From: a virus
IMG/VR virus record: IMGVR_UViG_3300047409_000468
Span: 1 to 64,000 of that record
Length of the DNA: 64,000 nucleotides
Strand: one strand, 5' to 3'
The position numbers and the translations under genes were made by a program. Positions within the stretch are counted from its first letter, which is position 1; the number at the start of each line of letters is the position of its first letter. The notes beneath the pieces were generated by a model. That model searched no databases, was not told the origin of the DNA, and was given only the letters and a program-made list of their open reading frames with translations. Positions 8,452 through 17,717 of this stretch are shown in pieces.

Positions 8452-9939
8452 ATGCTGCCACCAAACTACACACCCAAGAGTATACCGCTTCAGCACCAGT
8501 ACGAGGCAATAGATATCGGTTGGAAGCGCCCTTTCTTCGCTTATTTCCTGGAAATGGGCTTGGGCAAGACGCGCATTGCAATCGACGATTTCCTGTTGAA
8601 TTACGAGGACAACCGTGTGGACGGGCTCATCGTAATCGCGCCGAAGAGCGTCTACACCAACTGGAGCCGCGAGGATAAAGACAACCCCGGCGAAATTCAG
8701 CGCTGGATGTGGGACAAATACCGCGCCACGGCCCGCGTCTATACGTTTCGCGCAGGCAAAAAGAATGAGCACGCACAGCGCGAATGGTTGCTGGACACCA
8801 GTCAGCCCAGCCCGCGCATCCTGCTGGTTAACATCGAGGCCATTGCCACTGTGAAAGATGCCAAGGCATTGGTTATCGAGTTCTGCAATACGCACCGCAC
8901 CATGATGATAGTGGACGAATCCACCACCATAAAGACGCCGCGTGCCCAGCGCACCAAGTTGCTGCACAAGCTGGCGCAGATAACTGAGATGCGGCGCATT
9001 ATGACCGGCAGCCCCAGCACCGGCAGCCAGTCAGATTTGTGGGCGCAGTTTCATTTCCTACGGCCCACGTCTAATCCGCTTGGCTACAATCACTTCACCA
9101 CGTTCCAGGCACGATACAACAAGCTGGTGGCCATCAGGGTCAACGGGCATACGGTGAATAAAGAAGCTGGCCCGGCCAACACTGAGGAGCTCCAACGCAC
9201 CGTTAGCCTGCACAGCTTCCGGCGGCGCAAGGTGGATTGCCTCGACCTGCCGCCCAAGGAATACCAGCGCTGGGAAGTCGAATTGACCGAGGAACAACGA
9301 ACCGTCTACAAGGAACTGCGCCAATTCGCCATCGCCAAAATAGATGTGGATTATCTCCATGTCAAACCACAAGTTTCCACTGAGCTAGTAGTCACTCAGT
9401 TGATGCGCATGCATTCAGTCGTGTGCGGGCACATCAAGACAGACGATGGCGTTATTCGCCGCCTGCACAGCAACCGCATGGCCGCCGTGGCGGATATAGT
9501 CGGCGCTACAGACGAACAGGTTGTCATATGGTGCCATTGGCGAACAGATGCAGCCATTGTCGCCAGTGGGCTCCGTAAGATCTATGGTGAAAACACCGTT
9601 GCCGAATGGCACGGCGGCATCGACATCAAGCAACGCGAACAGTACGAGAACGAGTTCCAGGGCGGCAAGCGGCACTTCATGGTTGCCACGGATGCAGCCG
9701 GCGCGCGCGGCCGTACGTGGACCGCAGCGACTTTGGTCATTTACTACTCTAACGGGTATGACTGGGAACTGCGCGAACAAAGCGAAGACCGCACGCATCG
9801 CATAGGCACGGTCGGCACGGTCACCTACGTGGACATCGTGGCCCCCGGCACCGTGGATGAGAAGATATTGAACGCGCTACGCACCAAGCGGAACATCGCC
9901 CGCTCTGTGGTGGCCGACGGGCTGGAGGCCTGGATATAA
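8452..9939 (+). CDS. SNF2/DEAD-like SF2 helicase
   Basis: EMGLGKT, VIAPKSV, IVDESTTIK, MTGSP, RRRKVDCLDLPPK, GRTWTAA, QSEDRTHRIG. Confidence 0.95.
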   Translation: MLPPNYTPKSIPLQHQYEAIDIGWKRPFFAYFLEMGLGKTRIAIDDFLLNYEDNRVDGLIVIAPKSVYTNWSREDKDNPGEIQRWMWDKYRATARVYTFRAGKKNEHAQREWLLDTSQPSPRILLVNIEAIATVKDAKALVIEFCNTHRTMMIVDESTTIKTPRAQRTKLLHKLAQITEMRRIMTGSPSTGSQSDLWAQFHFLRPTSNPLGYNHFTTFQARYNKLVAIRVNGHTVNKEAGPANTEELQRTVSLHSFRRRKVDCLDLPPKEYQRWEVELTEEQRTVYKELRQFAIAKIDVDYLHVKPQVSTELVVTQLMRMHSVVCGHIKTDDGVIRRLHSNRMAAVADIVGATDEQVVIWCHWRTDAAIVASGLRKIYGENTVAEWHGGIDIKQREQYENEFQGGKRHFMVATDAAGARGRTWTAATLVIYYSNGYDWELREQSEDRTHRIGTVGTVTYVDIVAPGTVDEKILNALRTKRNIARSVVADGLEAWI

Positions 9940-10041
9940 AACAAGCCCCGTGGGCGCGTTTTTACCCCTACCCCTCTGGGTGGGGTCTGCCACCACTCTA
10001 AAACTCCCCAGCGGCCCGGCTGGCTGCCTCAGCGCCTATCT

Positions 10042-10296
10042 TTAGGCGGCACCAACCCCCGGCAAACGCAGCCATGTGGTCGTAATAATGTGCAGGCTCG
10101 GTACGCCCAGCAGCAACGCGACCAACATGTACAGCGCGATTAGAAAAACCAAGATCATAAAAGCGCGCTGCACGGTTGTCGGCACAGCGATACTCATCCA
10201 GCTAGCGAACCACAGAATGACCGCGCCTATCAACAGTAGAATTGCAACCACAATCGCAATGTTGAGGATGCCCAGTAAGATTCCTGCAAGGCTCAT
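10042..10296 (-). CDS. Small 2-TM membrane protein (holin candidate)
   Basis: MSLAGILLGILNIAIVVAILLLIGAVILWF...AFMILVFLIALYMLVALLLG; AAGGA RBS before ATG 10296. Confidence 0.65.
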   Translation of the reverse strand: MSLAGILLGILNIAIVVAILLLIGAVILWFASWMSIAVPTTVQRAFMILVFLIALYMLVALLLGVPSLHIITTTWLRLPGVGAA

Positions 10297-10309
10297 GACT
10301 TGGTTCCTT

Positions 10310-11197
10310 TCAGCCCCATGTAATGACGTATTTGGCGGCCATGTCTGCCTGGACCTTTTGGAGTTGACTGGTAGACAGCACGCAGTTCCACATAGACGGC
10401 GGCAATAGTCGGCCCACATAACCGTTGCTGGTCGTATTGCAGTTGGTGAAGCTGCAACCCGAGTTAGCCGGTACGGCGGCGCGCTGGGTCGGCACCCCCG
10501 AACCATAGATTGTTCCATTGATGTAGATGTTCGATATATTCGCGGCTCTATCGTAAGTGATACCGATACCCCAATATTTACCTATTCCGGGAGCGCCGCC
10601 CATCGGGCTGCCGCTGGTTATGACATAGCTTGGATTGGTAGTCGCCAAGTGCCTGACATTGACTTCCCGGTTGCCGGCAGAGCTGATCTGCACAAAGATA
10701 TCGCCGTTGACGCTTCCCTGTGTCCAACCAAGCAATGCACCGTTGCCGATAGCTGTAAACCAGATGGGCAAGAAGAACGTGTAATCGCCCGCAGGCCAGT
10801 TATAGCTGGCCCGGTTGTAGCGGCTCGAAACGCCCGGTATCGTAGACATGCGATGGCCGTTTTGGATAAACTCGGCCAGCGGCGTGTTGGGCGTCCAGAT
10901 ACCTGTGTCAAGACCGCTGGACGGCACGGTTACGATGTTACCGCTGCCGTCCATCGTAGCATTGTCGAAGTCAAGTCTAATGATTGGTGTTGGTACAGTT
11001 ACCGCCCACGCGGATCCGCTCCATGCCTTGAGTGGCTTCCGCACCCACGCGGTGCCATCCCAAGTCTTAACCGGCTTCTGCACCCATGCGGTGCCGCTCC
11101 AGACATTCACCAGATTGCTGGGCGCAGCCGGGGTCCGCGTGGGGATGAATACCGGACGCGGCGGCAGCCTGAACGCGGGCCGGAATATTCCGGGCAT
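10310..11197 (-). CDS. Virion fibre-tip/receptor-binding protein with W-x-G-x-x-W repeats and a ConA/LamG-like beta domain
   Basis: VWSGTAWVQKPVKTWDGTAWVRKPLKAWSGSAW; WGIGITYDRAANISNIYING...WNCVLSTSQL is LamG-like. Confidence 0.6.
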   Translation of the reverse strand: MPGIFRPAFRLPPRPVFIPTRTPAAPSNLVNVWSGTAWVQKPVKTWDGTAWVRKPLKAWSGSAWAVTVPTPIIRLDFDNATMDGSGNIVTVPSSGLDTGIWTPNTPLAEFIQNGHRMSTIPGVSSRYNRASYNWPAGDYTFFLPIWFTAIGNGALLGWTQGSVNGDIFVQISSAGNREVNVRHLATTNPSYVITSGSPMGGAPGIGKYWGIGITYDRAANISNIYINGTIYGSGVPTQRAAVPANSGCSFTNCNTTSNGYVGRLLPPSMWNCVLSTSQLQKVQADMAAKYVITWG

Positions 11198-11200
11198 AGA

Positions 11201-11674
11201 TTAGCCAAGCTCACGCATGTACAGCGTGCCAGACAACGTGATGGCGTCCACCGGGGTCGTCGCCAGTTCGATTGTCATTCTGCCGCCACCGATGACCGTG
11301 AACGTTGTCTCCGGTGTCCACCACCAAGGAAACGGCGCACGAACATTCCAGTTGAAGCTATCCATTACGACAATGGTGCCTGCCGTCGCCTTGGTCGTAT
11401 TGTTCACTTTAGCTGTACCACCGAACGCTGTATCCCCGGTTACGCGGGGAACGGCCGTGGCCGCTGTGCCGCCAGAGCCGGTTGTCGTCGCACCTGTCTT
11501 AACAAGGATTGACAGCCCCTCTTCCTGTGCGTCACCAACCTCTGTCGATTGGCTGAGTACGAAACCCAGCATTTCAACCGGCTTGCCTGCCGCCGCCGCG
11601 ACCTCGAACAAATCCTGTTGTGCCGATGCGACGACACTTGTGAATGATACAGAGTAGATGCGTCCTTGCGGCAT
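11201..11674 (-). CDS. Putative virion structural protein (beta-rich)
   Basis: 157 aa, co-oriented and tightly packed in the fibre module. Confidence 0.6.
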   Translation of the reverse strand: MPQGRIYSVSFTSVVASAQQDLFEVAAAAGKPVEMLGFVLSQSTEVGDAQEEGLSILVKTGATTTGSGGTAATAVPRVTGDTAFGGTAKVNNTTKATAGTIVVMDSFNWNVRAPFPWWWTPETTFTVIGGGRMTIELATTPVDAITLSGTLYMRELG

Positions 11675-11677
11675 AGG

Positions 11678-12211
11678 TCACCTCATAAGAAACGGCACGA
11701 AGGCCGCAGGATTGAACGGCGGCAACGATAGTCCTGACGACGACCCAGACCCCAAATCGAGCCCGACATACTCAATGTCGGGCGCGTAGGCAGACAGCCC
11801 ACTGCCCGGCACACGATAGGTGGCATAGGTGTTGAGGATGGCGGGGACCGACGTAACCGCCGCAGGCGGCAGAGCATCGGCCCACGTCAGCCCGTCAGAG
11901 GCTGTCGTCGCGTGCAACGCCGCATAGTAGCCGCCCGCCGTCAGCGTCAGCGGTGTGATCGGCTGCCACATCCATGTGCCCGGCGTTGCGCCGGTAAAGT
12001 CGAAGACGACCGTGCGCAGTACGGTGTCGCTGAACCACTCGTACAGCCTGACCGTCCGGGTGCCGCCAGTGGTGGTGACATACATGCCCATCCACTGGAT
12101 GGGGATATCCGCCGCCCCTATGCCCCAGCGGACGCCCACTTCACCCGTAAAGTCGTTGCGGTTGGGACCGGGAGTATATGCAGCAATCAGCGATGCCGTT
12201 GGCCCTGTCAT
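11678..12211 (-). CDS. Putative virion protein, DUF4082-like beta sandwich
   Basis: EVGVRW...TVRLY...WQPITPLTLTAGGYY pattern; ATGA overlap with the upstream ORF. Confidence 0.55.
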   Translation of the reverse strand: MTGPTASLIAAYTPGPNRNDFTGEVGVRWGIGAADIPIQWMGMYVTTTGGTRTVRLYEWFSDTVLRTVVFDFTGATPGTWMWQPITPLTLTAGGYYAALHATTASDGLTWADALPPAAVTSVPAILNTYATYRVPGSGLSAYAPDIEYVGLDLGSGSSSGLSLPPFNPAAFVPFLMR

Positions 12212-12450
12212 GTCGTGTCTTCCGCCTCCCACACCAAAACGGCAGCAAGCAGGGTATCGATTGCAGCCTGCACCTCAGGTGTAGTGTCGACGATATTGCG
12301 AACACTCAGTCGTGCGGAAGCAATAACACTGGTGACATCAGGTTCTGGTGCATCCAGGACAACATTAACCGTGCCCTGCACCTCGCCTCTCGCACAATCT
12401 ATCGAAATAGAAGCTACCTGCTTAGTCGCAGTGACGGTGATTTCAGTCAT
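12208..12450 (-). CDS. Small hypothetical protein in the fibre module
   Basis: 80 aa from ATG 12450, which overlaps the fibre stop (ATGA). Confidence 0.6.
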   Translation of the reverse strand: MTEITVTATKQVASISIDCARGEVQGTVNVVLDAPEPDVTSVIASARLSVRNIVDTTPEVQAAIDTLLAAVLVWEAEDTT

Positions 12451-14450
12451 GTTGTATCTATCCAAACATCGTTGACGGCAGGCGATGAGGGTGCGGTTGT
12501 GCCGACAGATATATTGGTGGCAACCTGTTTGGTCACGCCATTGATTTGCATATAGGCACCAGCAGCCGTCGTCCAGATATCTCCGTTAACTGGTGCAGAC
12601 GGTGCCGAAGCACTATGCGGCAGATTGATGACGCCACTACCTATCTTGGCCGCGCGTACCGTGCCACCACTAGCTTGGTTAGAGATAGCTACAGTGTTCG
12701 AGGTCGCAGAACCCGCCCCGATAAAAATGGAACTATCAAAATAGAAGCCAGCGCCAGAGTTGAGGACGAGCGCGCCATTGACATCGCTGCGCGGCGTGAT
12801 AGACAGGGACTGCCCATGCGGCGGCATGGCCCTGATAATCAGCCCACCTGACGAACTGGTGCCGGTCGTGCCATACTCAACGACAGCGTTGGCCCCACTC
12901 ATAATGGTGAAGTTGCCGTTGTCTTGCAGCGTAAATGGACTGCTCTGGATCAGCTTGCCGGTCGTCGTATTGAACCGCGCAATCGCCTTATCAATAGCGC
13001 TGGCAGGCCCTACGACATCGCCGGCACCCCCCGCGACCGTTGGCGCGTACATGGAGCCATCGGAGCCGTAGGTAAGTGCATTCCCCGCGTCGGACGACAC
13101 TCTGACCGGATGACCGTGCACCATGTCGCTGAACGCGATAGGGGCTCCTGCACCCAGCGACACATAAATCTCGCCCTGATTGCTCTGCGAGAAACCGATC
13201 GGCGAGTTGCCGCCATTGTAGCTCTTGTGGCCGAATGTCAAGCCGTTGACGACGATCGTGGTCTTGTTGCTGTTGGCGACCGAACCGCCGACGCCCTGAA
13301 GAGCTATCTGGGCGTTGGTCACCGATATATTGGAATTGTCGCTGGTATCAATCAGGTCGAAGCCGAGCCCGGTCAGGTTGAGCGTGTTGGCCGCGTCCGC
13401 CCTGATGTTGAGCGGACCGGTCATGCTATCGCCACCGACGTTGACATAGCGCGCGTCGGCCGTCGGTATATCGAGACCGCCGCCGCTGCCACCTACCTGC
13501 CATGTCGCGTCAGAACCACGCCGCGCATAAAGCTGTCCATCAGTCGGTGCTTCAGGGACGGCACCTGGATCACCTTTGACGCCTTGCGGCCCCTGCGACC
13601 CGGTATTACCCTGTGGGCCTGGATTGCCCTGTGGGCCTGGATTGCCCTGCGGTCCAGACGGTCCTGGATTGCCCTGTGGCCCGGCTGGACCCTGTGTGCC
13701 GGTATTGCCCTGCGGCCCCACTGGCCCAACGCCACCTTGCGGTCCCTGTGGCCCGGCTGGACCGGGGGTGCCTTTGGTAGCAAAGTTTAACAGAATTCGT
13801 TGCTGGGCTAACGGGGATGGCCCGCTCGCGCGCCATGTGACAGGAAACTCGTGGTAGGCACCTTTATCAGTGCTGATACCGGCAACATCATAAGACACCC
13901 ATTTCGTCGCATCGTCCTTATCCTGGACAAAGATGCGGTTCCCAGCATCGATAAGATTAAAAGAGTTGGTGTTGTCCTTACCTATCGAAGAAACGTGGTT
14001 CACCCAGATCGCCGTCACCAGCGGGTGCATTGAATTGTTAAAGCGCACTTCAGCAGAAGTCGGCGGCTCAACCGTTGCCGAATCAAACATATATTCAAAT
14101 GTCGTGAAACTCTGGCCCGGTTCGCCCTCTGGTCCTTGCGGGCCAATTGGTCCTTGCGAGCCCTGCACGCCCTGCAAGCCCTGCGGCCCCTGCGGCCCCG
14201 GTATCGTACTGGCCGCTCCTTGCGGTCCCACCGGCCCCTGTATGCCTTCCGGCCCCTGTATGCCCTGCGGCCCTTCCAGCCCCTGCTCTCCAGGAGGTCC
14301 AGGCGGCCCGCCGGCAGGGATATTCACATAGATGGGGACAAGCGGGCTAGTGACTTCAACGTTGATTGGCTGGGACGGCCCGTCAACTACAACATTGACG
14401 ATAAGCTCGTCGCTCGCAACTTCGATCACATCTATGATGTCTGTTGCCAC
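12447..14450 (-). CDS. Collagen-like fibre protein 1
   Basis: Two G-X-Y collagen tracts; [11 protein letters not shown] motif; [12 protein letters not shown]; C-terminal [16 protein letters not shown]. Confidence 0.85.
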   Translation of the reverse strand: MATDIIDVIEVASDELIVNVVVDGPSQPINVEVTSPLVPIYVNIPAGGPPGPPGEQGLEGPQGIQGPEGIQGPVGPQGAASTIPGPQGPQGLQGVQGSQGPIGPQGPEGEPGQSFTTFEYMFDSATVEPPTSAEVRFNNSMHPLVTAIWVNHVSSIGKDNTNSFNLIDAGNRIFVQDKDDATKWVSYDVAGISTDKGAYHEFPVTWRASGPSPLAQQRILLNFATKGTPGPAGPQGPQGGVGPVGPQGNTGTQGPAGPQGNPGPSGPQGNPGPQGNPGPQGNTGSQGPQGVKGDPGAVPEAPTDGQLYARRGSDATWQVGGSGGGLDIPTADARYVNVGGDSMTGPLNIRADAANTLNLTGLGFDLIDTSDNSNISVTNAQIALQGVGGSVANSNKTTIVVNGLTFGHKSYNGGNSPIGFSQSNQGEIYVSLGAGAPIAFSDMVHGHPVRVSSDAGNALTYGSDGSMYAPTVAGGAGDVVGPASAIDKAIARFNTTTGKLIQSSPFTLQDNGNFTIMSGANAVVEYGTTGTSSSGGLIIRAMPPHGQSLSITPRSDVNGALVLNSGAGFYFDSSIFIGAGSATSNTVAISNQASGGTVRAAKIGSGVINLPHSASAPSAPVNGDIWTTAAGAYMQINGVTKQVATNISVGTTAPSSPAVNDVWIDTT

Positions 14451-14451
14451 G

Positions 14452-14799
14452 TTACACCCCTATAGTGGAATCCGTCACATCGTATGTAACATTGACGCCA
14501 CCGCCAACGACCGTTGCCACATCTCCCCCGGTATAGGTAAGCTGCAAATCCCACACACCGCTGGCAATCGTCAACGCCTTGCTGTTGTCTGCGCTCAATA
14601 CAACGTTAATGATGTTCGGCGTCGTAATCGTACAGTCCAGCGGTGTTATCTTCTTACCACTAGGCTTGTCACGTATCTCCGCCTTGCCGGTCACTCCAGT
14701 AAGATCCATCGGCTGCGTGCTGTCGGCATCTAGCCAGAGCTTGAACTGCCAGCGCCGGCTGTCTCCTCGGTAAATATCCAGTGCGAATGTGCCGGGCAT
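14452..14799 (-). CDS. Fibre adaptor/anchor protein 1 (paralog of 42575-42988)
   Basis: [24 protein letters not shown]...[12 protein letters not shown]...WDLQLTY. Confidence 0.75.
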   Translation of the reverse strand: MPGTFALDIYRGDSRRWQFKLWLDADSTQPMDLTGVTGKAEIRDKPSGKKITPLDCTITTPNIINVVLSADNSKALTIASGVWDLQLTYTGGDVATVVGGGVNVTYDVTDSTIGV

Positions 14800-14808
14800 A
14801 ACTCTCTC

Positions 14809-15513
14809 CTACCCTTTATAGAGTACCCCATTGACCAGCACGCCTTGGCCCGGCGGTACGGTCACCGACACATATTCCCCCGGTGTCGGGATAGGCACTG
14901 GCACAGTGCCGGCCGGCGACATCCATGCAACCAACGCCGCTTCGTCACCGTTCCAACGGTTGGCATCCACAGGCCCATTAATACCGTCGCAGCGCGCTTC
15001 GTCGGTGAACTGCCAGAGACTCCACTGCGGCCACGTAGCAGTCGGCCAGCTGACTGTTTTGCCGTACTGTGCCACCCACAGACTGGTATTCTCGGCAAGA
15101 ATCGCACTGCGCTTGCCGCCAAGCTGTTCCTTGATTTGGTGTCCACTATAAATGGTGATTTGCAAATCCGGCCGCACCTTACGAATGTAGGTGACCGCCT
15201 CCTCCAGTTCAGCCAGCGTCGTACCGCTGCACTCGTGATCGAGCACAACACGCTCGCCCGGCACTGGATTGATGGTGCCCAAGTAATGATTCATCTGTCC
15301 ACTCATATCACTCTCGCGCATAAAGTGGTAAGTGCTCGTCAACAGTCCAGCGTCCTTTGCCGCCTTCATGCGGCTGAACAGCTTATCGTCGACATATGAT
15401 GTGCCCTCAGTGGCCTTGTGGATAACGCCGATGGTGCCGCCACGCTTGACCGCCGCCCAGTTGATAGGGTCTGCCTGATGGTGACTAATGTCGATGACTA
15501 CAGGGTTGCTCAT
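14809..15513 (-). CDS. Endolysin, GH25 muramidase
   Basis: VIDISHHQ, IHKATEG, YHF, VLDHE (D-x-E), LWVAQY, LWQFT, VDANRW. Confidence 0.9.
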   Translation of the reverse strand: MSNPVVIDISHHQADPINWAAVKRGGTIGVIHKATEGTSYVDDKLFSRMKAAKDAGLLTSTYHFMRESDMSGQMNHYLGTINPVPGERVVLDHECSGTTLAELEEAVTYIRKVRPDLQITIYSGHQIKEQLGGKRSAILAENTSLWVAQYGKTVSWPTATWPQWSLWQFTDEARCDGINGPVDANRWNGDEAALVAWMSPAGTVPVPIPTPGEYVSVTVPPGQGVLVNGVLYKG

Positions 15514-15863
15514 GGGTGTGCCACCTGTTTCTGTTCCTTGTCCATGCGTTGCAGGATGGTCTTGATTACCTCAATGTCCGACCGGAACTCGCCAAGCGTA
15601 TCCTGTAGCTGGCGTCGCAGCAGGATTGCATCAGTAGCAACTTTTTCAAGCGCTTCAATCCGCACTTCGTTGAGGTCGGTCTTGTGGTCATTACGCTCCA
15701 TCGACTGGGCCAACTGTACAACGGCCGCGCTGTTGCGATCGGTGTCGCGTTGCAGACCACTGAGCGTATAGCCCCACGCAACGAGGCTTGCCGCGATGCC
15801 ACCAAGCAGCACCAACGTCTGTAGATCAAAGTGCCACTTGCTATTGCCACCTTCAGTAGTCAC
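15510..15863 (-). CDS. Membrane-anchored coiled-coil protein (holin or spanin-like lysis accessory)
   Basis: N-terminal TM LVLLGGIAASLVAWGY followed by coiled coil; immediately upstream of the endolysin. Confidence 0.55.
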   Translation of the reverse strand: MTTEGGNSKWHFDLQTLVLLGGIAASLVAWGYTLSGLQRDTDRNSAAVVQLAQSMERNDHKTDLNEVRIEALEKVATDAILLRRQLQDTLGEFRSDIEVIKTILQRMDKEQKQVAHP

Positions 15864-16270
15864 TTCGCCTGCGTTGCAGCCTCCATACGTGACGCCACCG
15901 CCTGCGCCGCCTCCATGTGTTCCCGCGCCGTATTGACCAGACTAACCATCTTGGTCAAGTATACGTCTGCCGAGCCAAAGGCGGCTGCACGCGCGTCCCA
16001 GATGCTGTCCAGCGCCATAGCTATGTCACTGTCCTGCACCTCTTCACCAGCCTCCAGCGCCGCCGCCACATTGGTGTTGGCCACCGCGACATGCGCCGCC
16101 AGCAACGCGGCTTTATCCTCTCCCCGGAAGACCCTATCGGCATAGGCGGCACGCACCGCATGGTTCGGCGTATCCGGGGACTCTGTGGCCACCTTCTGCG
16201 CGGCGCGCATGGCTGCGAACGCAACCTTCTGGCAAAAGGCGAGGTCAGTTACTTTGGACACCAGTGACAT
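15860..16270 (-). CDS. Hypothetical virion-associated protein
   Basis: 136-aa Ala-rich ORF in the operon. Confidence 0.65.
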   Translation of the reverse strand: MSLVSKVTDLAFCQKVAFAAMRAAQKVATESPDTPNHAVRAAYADRVFRGEDKAALLAAHVAVANTNVAAALEAGEEVQDSDIAMALDSIWDARAAAFGSADVYLTKMVSLVNTAREHMEAAQAVASRMEAATQAK

Positions 16271-16523
16271 CGAACAGATCCCCTATCGTTAGCGCGCCAA
16301 ATATATCCAGTGGCGGCGTTGCTGGCGCAGGCGTGACGGGTATACTCTCCGCAACCCAGTGGTCCTCCTGCCATATAGCACGTTGGCCGGGCTCCAGGGT
16401 AGGCGGTTCCACAGTCGTCGCATAAGCAGGTATCAAATACATTCCGGGTTCCATCGGTGACGCATCTGCCTCGTCATCCCCGGCATACTCCTTGGTTGCC
16501 CAGTTGTAGCTATAGACTCGCAT
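16245..16523 (-). CDS. Tail fibre assembly chaperone
   Basis: YSYNWATKEYAG...ADASPMEPGMYLIPAYATTVEPP...W is Tfa-like; follows the tail fibre. Confidence 0.75.
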   Translation of the reverse strand: MRVYSYNWATKEYAGDDEADASPMEPGMYLIPAYATTVEPPTLEPGQRAIWQEDHWVAESIPVTPAPATPPLDIFGALTIGDLFDVTGVQSN

Positions 16524-16532
16524 CGGGCTCTC

Positions 16533-17717
16533 CTAGTATTTGATGCACGCCAGCATCGCCAAGTTCTTTGGTCGTGTTTCAGCCCCGCCGATAGGATTCA
16601 CAGTGATTGCGTGCGTATGGTTCGCGCTACTGTAGCCGGTGTTGCCCGACACCGCGACCGTGTGCGCGTGCGCGCCAGCCGTAGACGTTGGCATGGTGTC
16701 CTGCGCCGCAGCATAGTCGGTCGCTATCGGGATAGAGCCAGCGCCTATGTTGGCCAGACGTTCATTCACGGTGTGCGCATGTGAACCCGCCGAACTGGTG
16801 CTTGACGAAGAGTCAGCGAAGCTGTGGTAGTGGTCAGCGCTTATCGTGCCAGATGATGCCGTGTGACTGTGGCTGCCGAAACCATCTGCCTGCGAACTGC
16901 CCAGCGCACGCCCGGCATCGACACCGGCAGCATCATCCAATGCGCGTAGAAACTGCCCGCGCAAATCAGGAACACGGAAATTCGTGCTGCCGTCGCCCGG
17001 TGAGAATTGGCCAACCGTGCGCGCACCATCGCTGATAGCCATGTTGCTGCTGGACTGCGCAAACGTCCACAGCGCGGCGTAGCCAGTGCGACTGAGCAAT
17101 GAACCATTGGCCTTGATGAATCCTTGCGGTGGCGTGATGCCGGGCACATAGACAAAACCGCCCACCGGGAAATCCGCGCTACTGCCGCTGGATGCATCAC
17201 TCCAGAAATTGGTCCCGTCATAGAATATGGTGCAACCCGAACCTGGAGACAAAATCTTGTTGGCTGCGCCGTCTATTGTTTCCCCGCCAAACGGGTCAAC
17301 GGTAACGACGACGTCACGCGCGACCACACGTATCCACCACCCCGGCAGCAACGAGCTCTTGGGGTCCATGGTGATTGTCTGGGCCACGGTCGTAATATTG
17401 AAGAGCGTGCCCCAGTCCGATAGATGTGCAATCACACCACCAGAACTGCGCGTTACCGCATAGTTGCCCGCCAGCGAGTATCTATGCGTTGCAGGGTCGA
17501 TGAACCCGCGCAACGCATCGCCAGCACCATCATACACAAAGTCTGACCATGGCGCGACAGCGTCACTTATCCAAGGCATGCCCGGCACCACATAGGTTGG
17601 CCGAATCGGGCCTTTGTGCGTGCTGTGCACGGCATCGCGCCAAGCGTTAAGGTCCGATGCCAGACCAGACCCGGACTTGGCCGTTGCGACGATGGTGCCA
17701 AAATTGAACTGCGTCAT
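16533..17717 (-). CDS. Side tail fibre with collar domain and HxH metal-binding tip
   Basis: PVGG...PPQGFIKANGSLLSRTGYAALW...FRVPDLRGQFLR (collar); repeated HSH/HYH/HAH/HTH; ETRPKNLAMLACIKY. Confidence 0.9.
   Translation of the reverse strand: MTQFNFGTIVATAKSGSGLASDLNAWRDAVHSTHKGPIRPTYVVPGMPWISDAVAPWSDFVYDGAGDALRGFIDPATHRYSLAGNYAVTRSSGGVIAHLSDWGTLFNITTVAQTITMDPKSSLLPGWWIRVVARDVVVTVDPFGGETIDGAANKILSPGSGCTIFYDGTNFWSDASSGSSADFPVGGFVYVPGITPPQGFIKANGSLLSRTGYAALWTFAQSSSNMAISDGARTVGQFSPGDGSTNFRVPDLRGQFLRALDDAAGVDAGRALGSSQADGFGSHSHTASSGTISADHYHSFADSSSSTSSAGSHAHTVNERLANIGAGSIPIATDYAAAQDTMPTSTAGAHAHTVAVSGNTGYSSANHTHAITVNPIGGAETRPKNLAMLACIKY

Noticed and set aside
13570-14310. Short tandem DNA repeats as a contingency locus
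   Set aside because: Explained by collagen Gly-X-Y coding.
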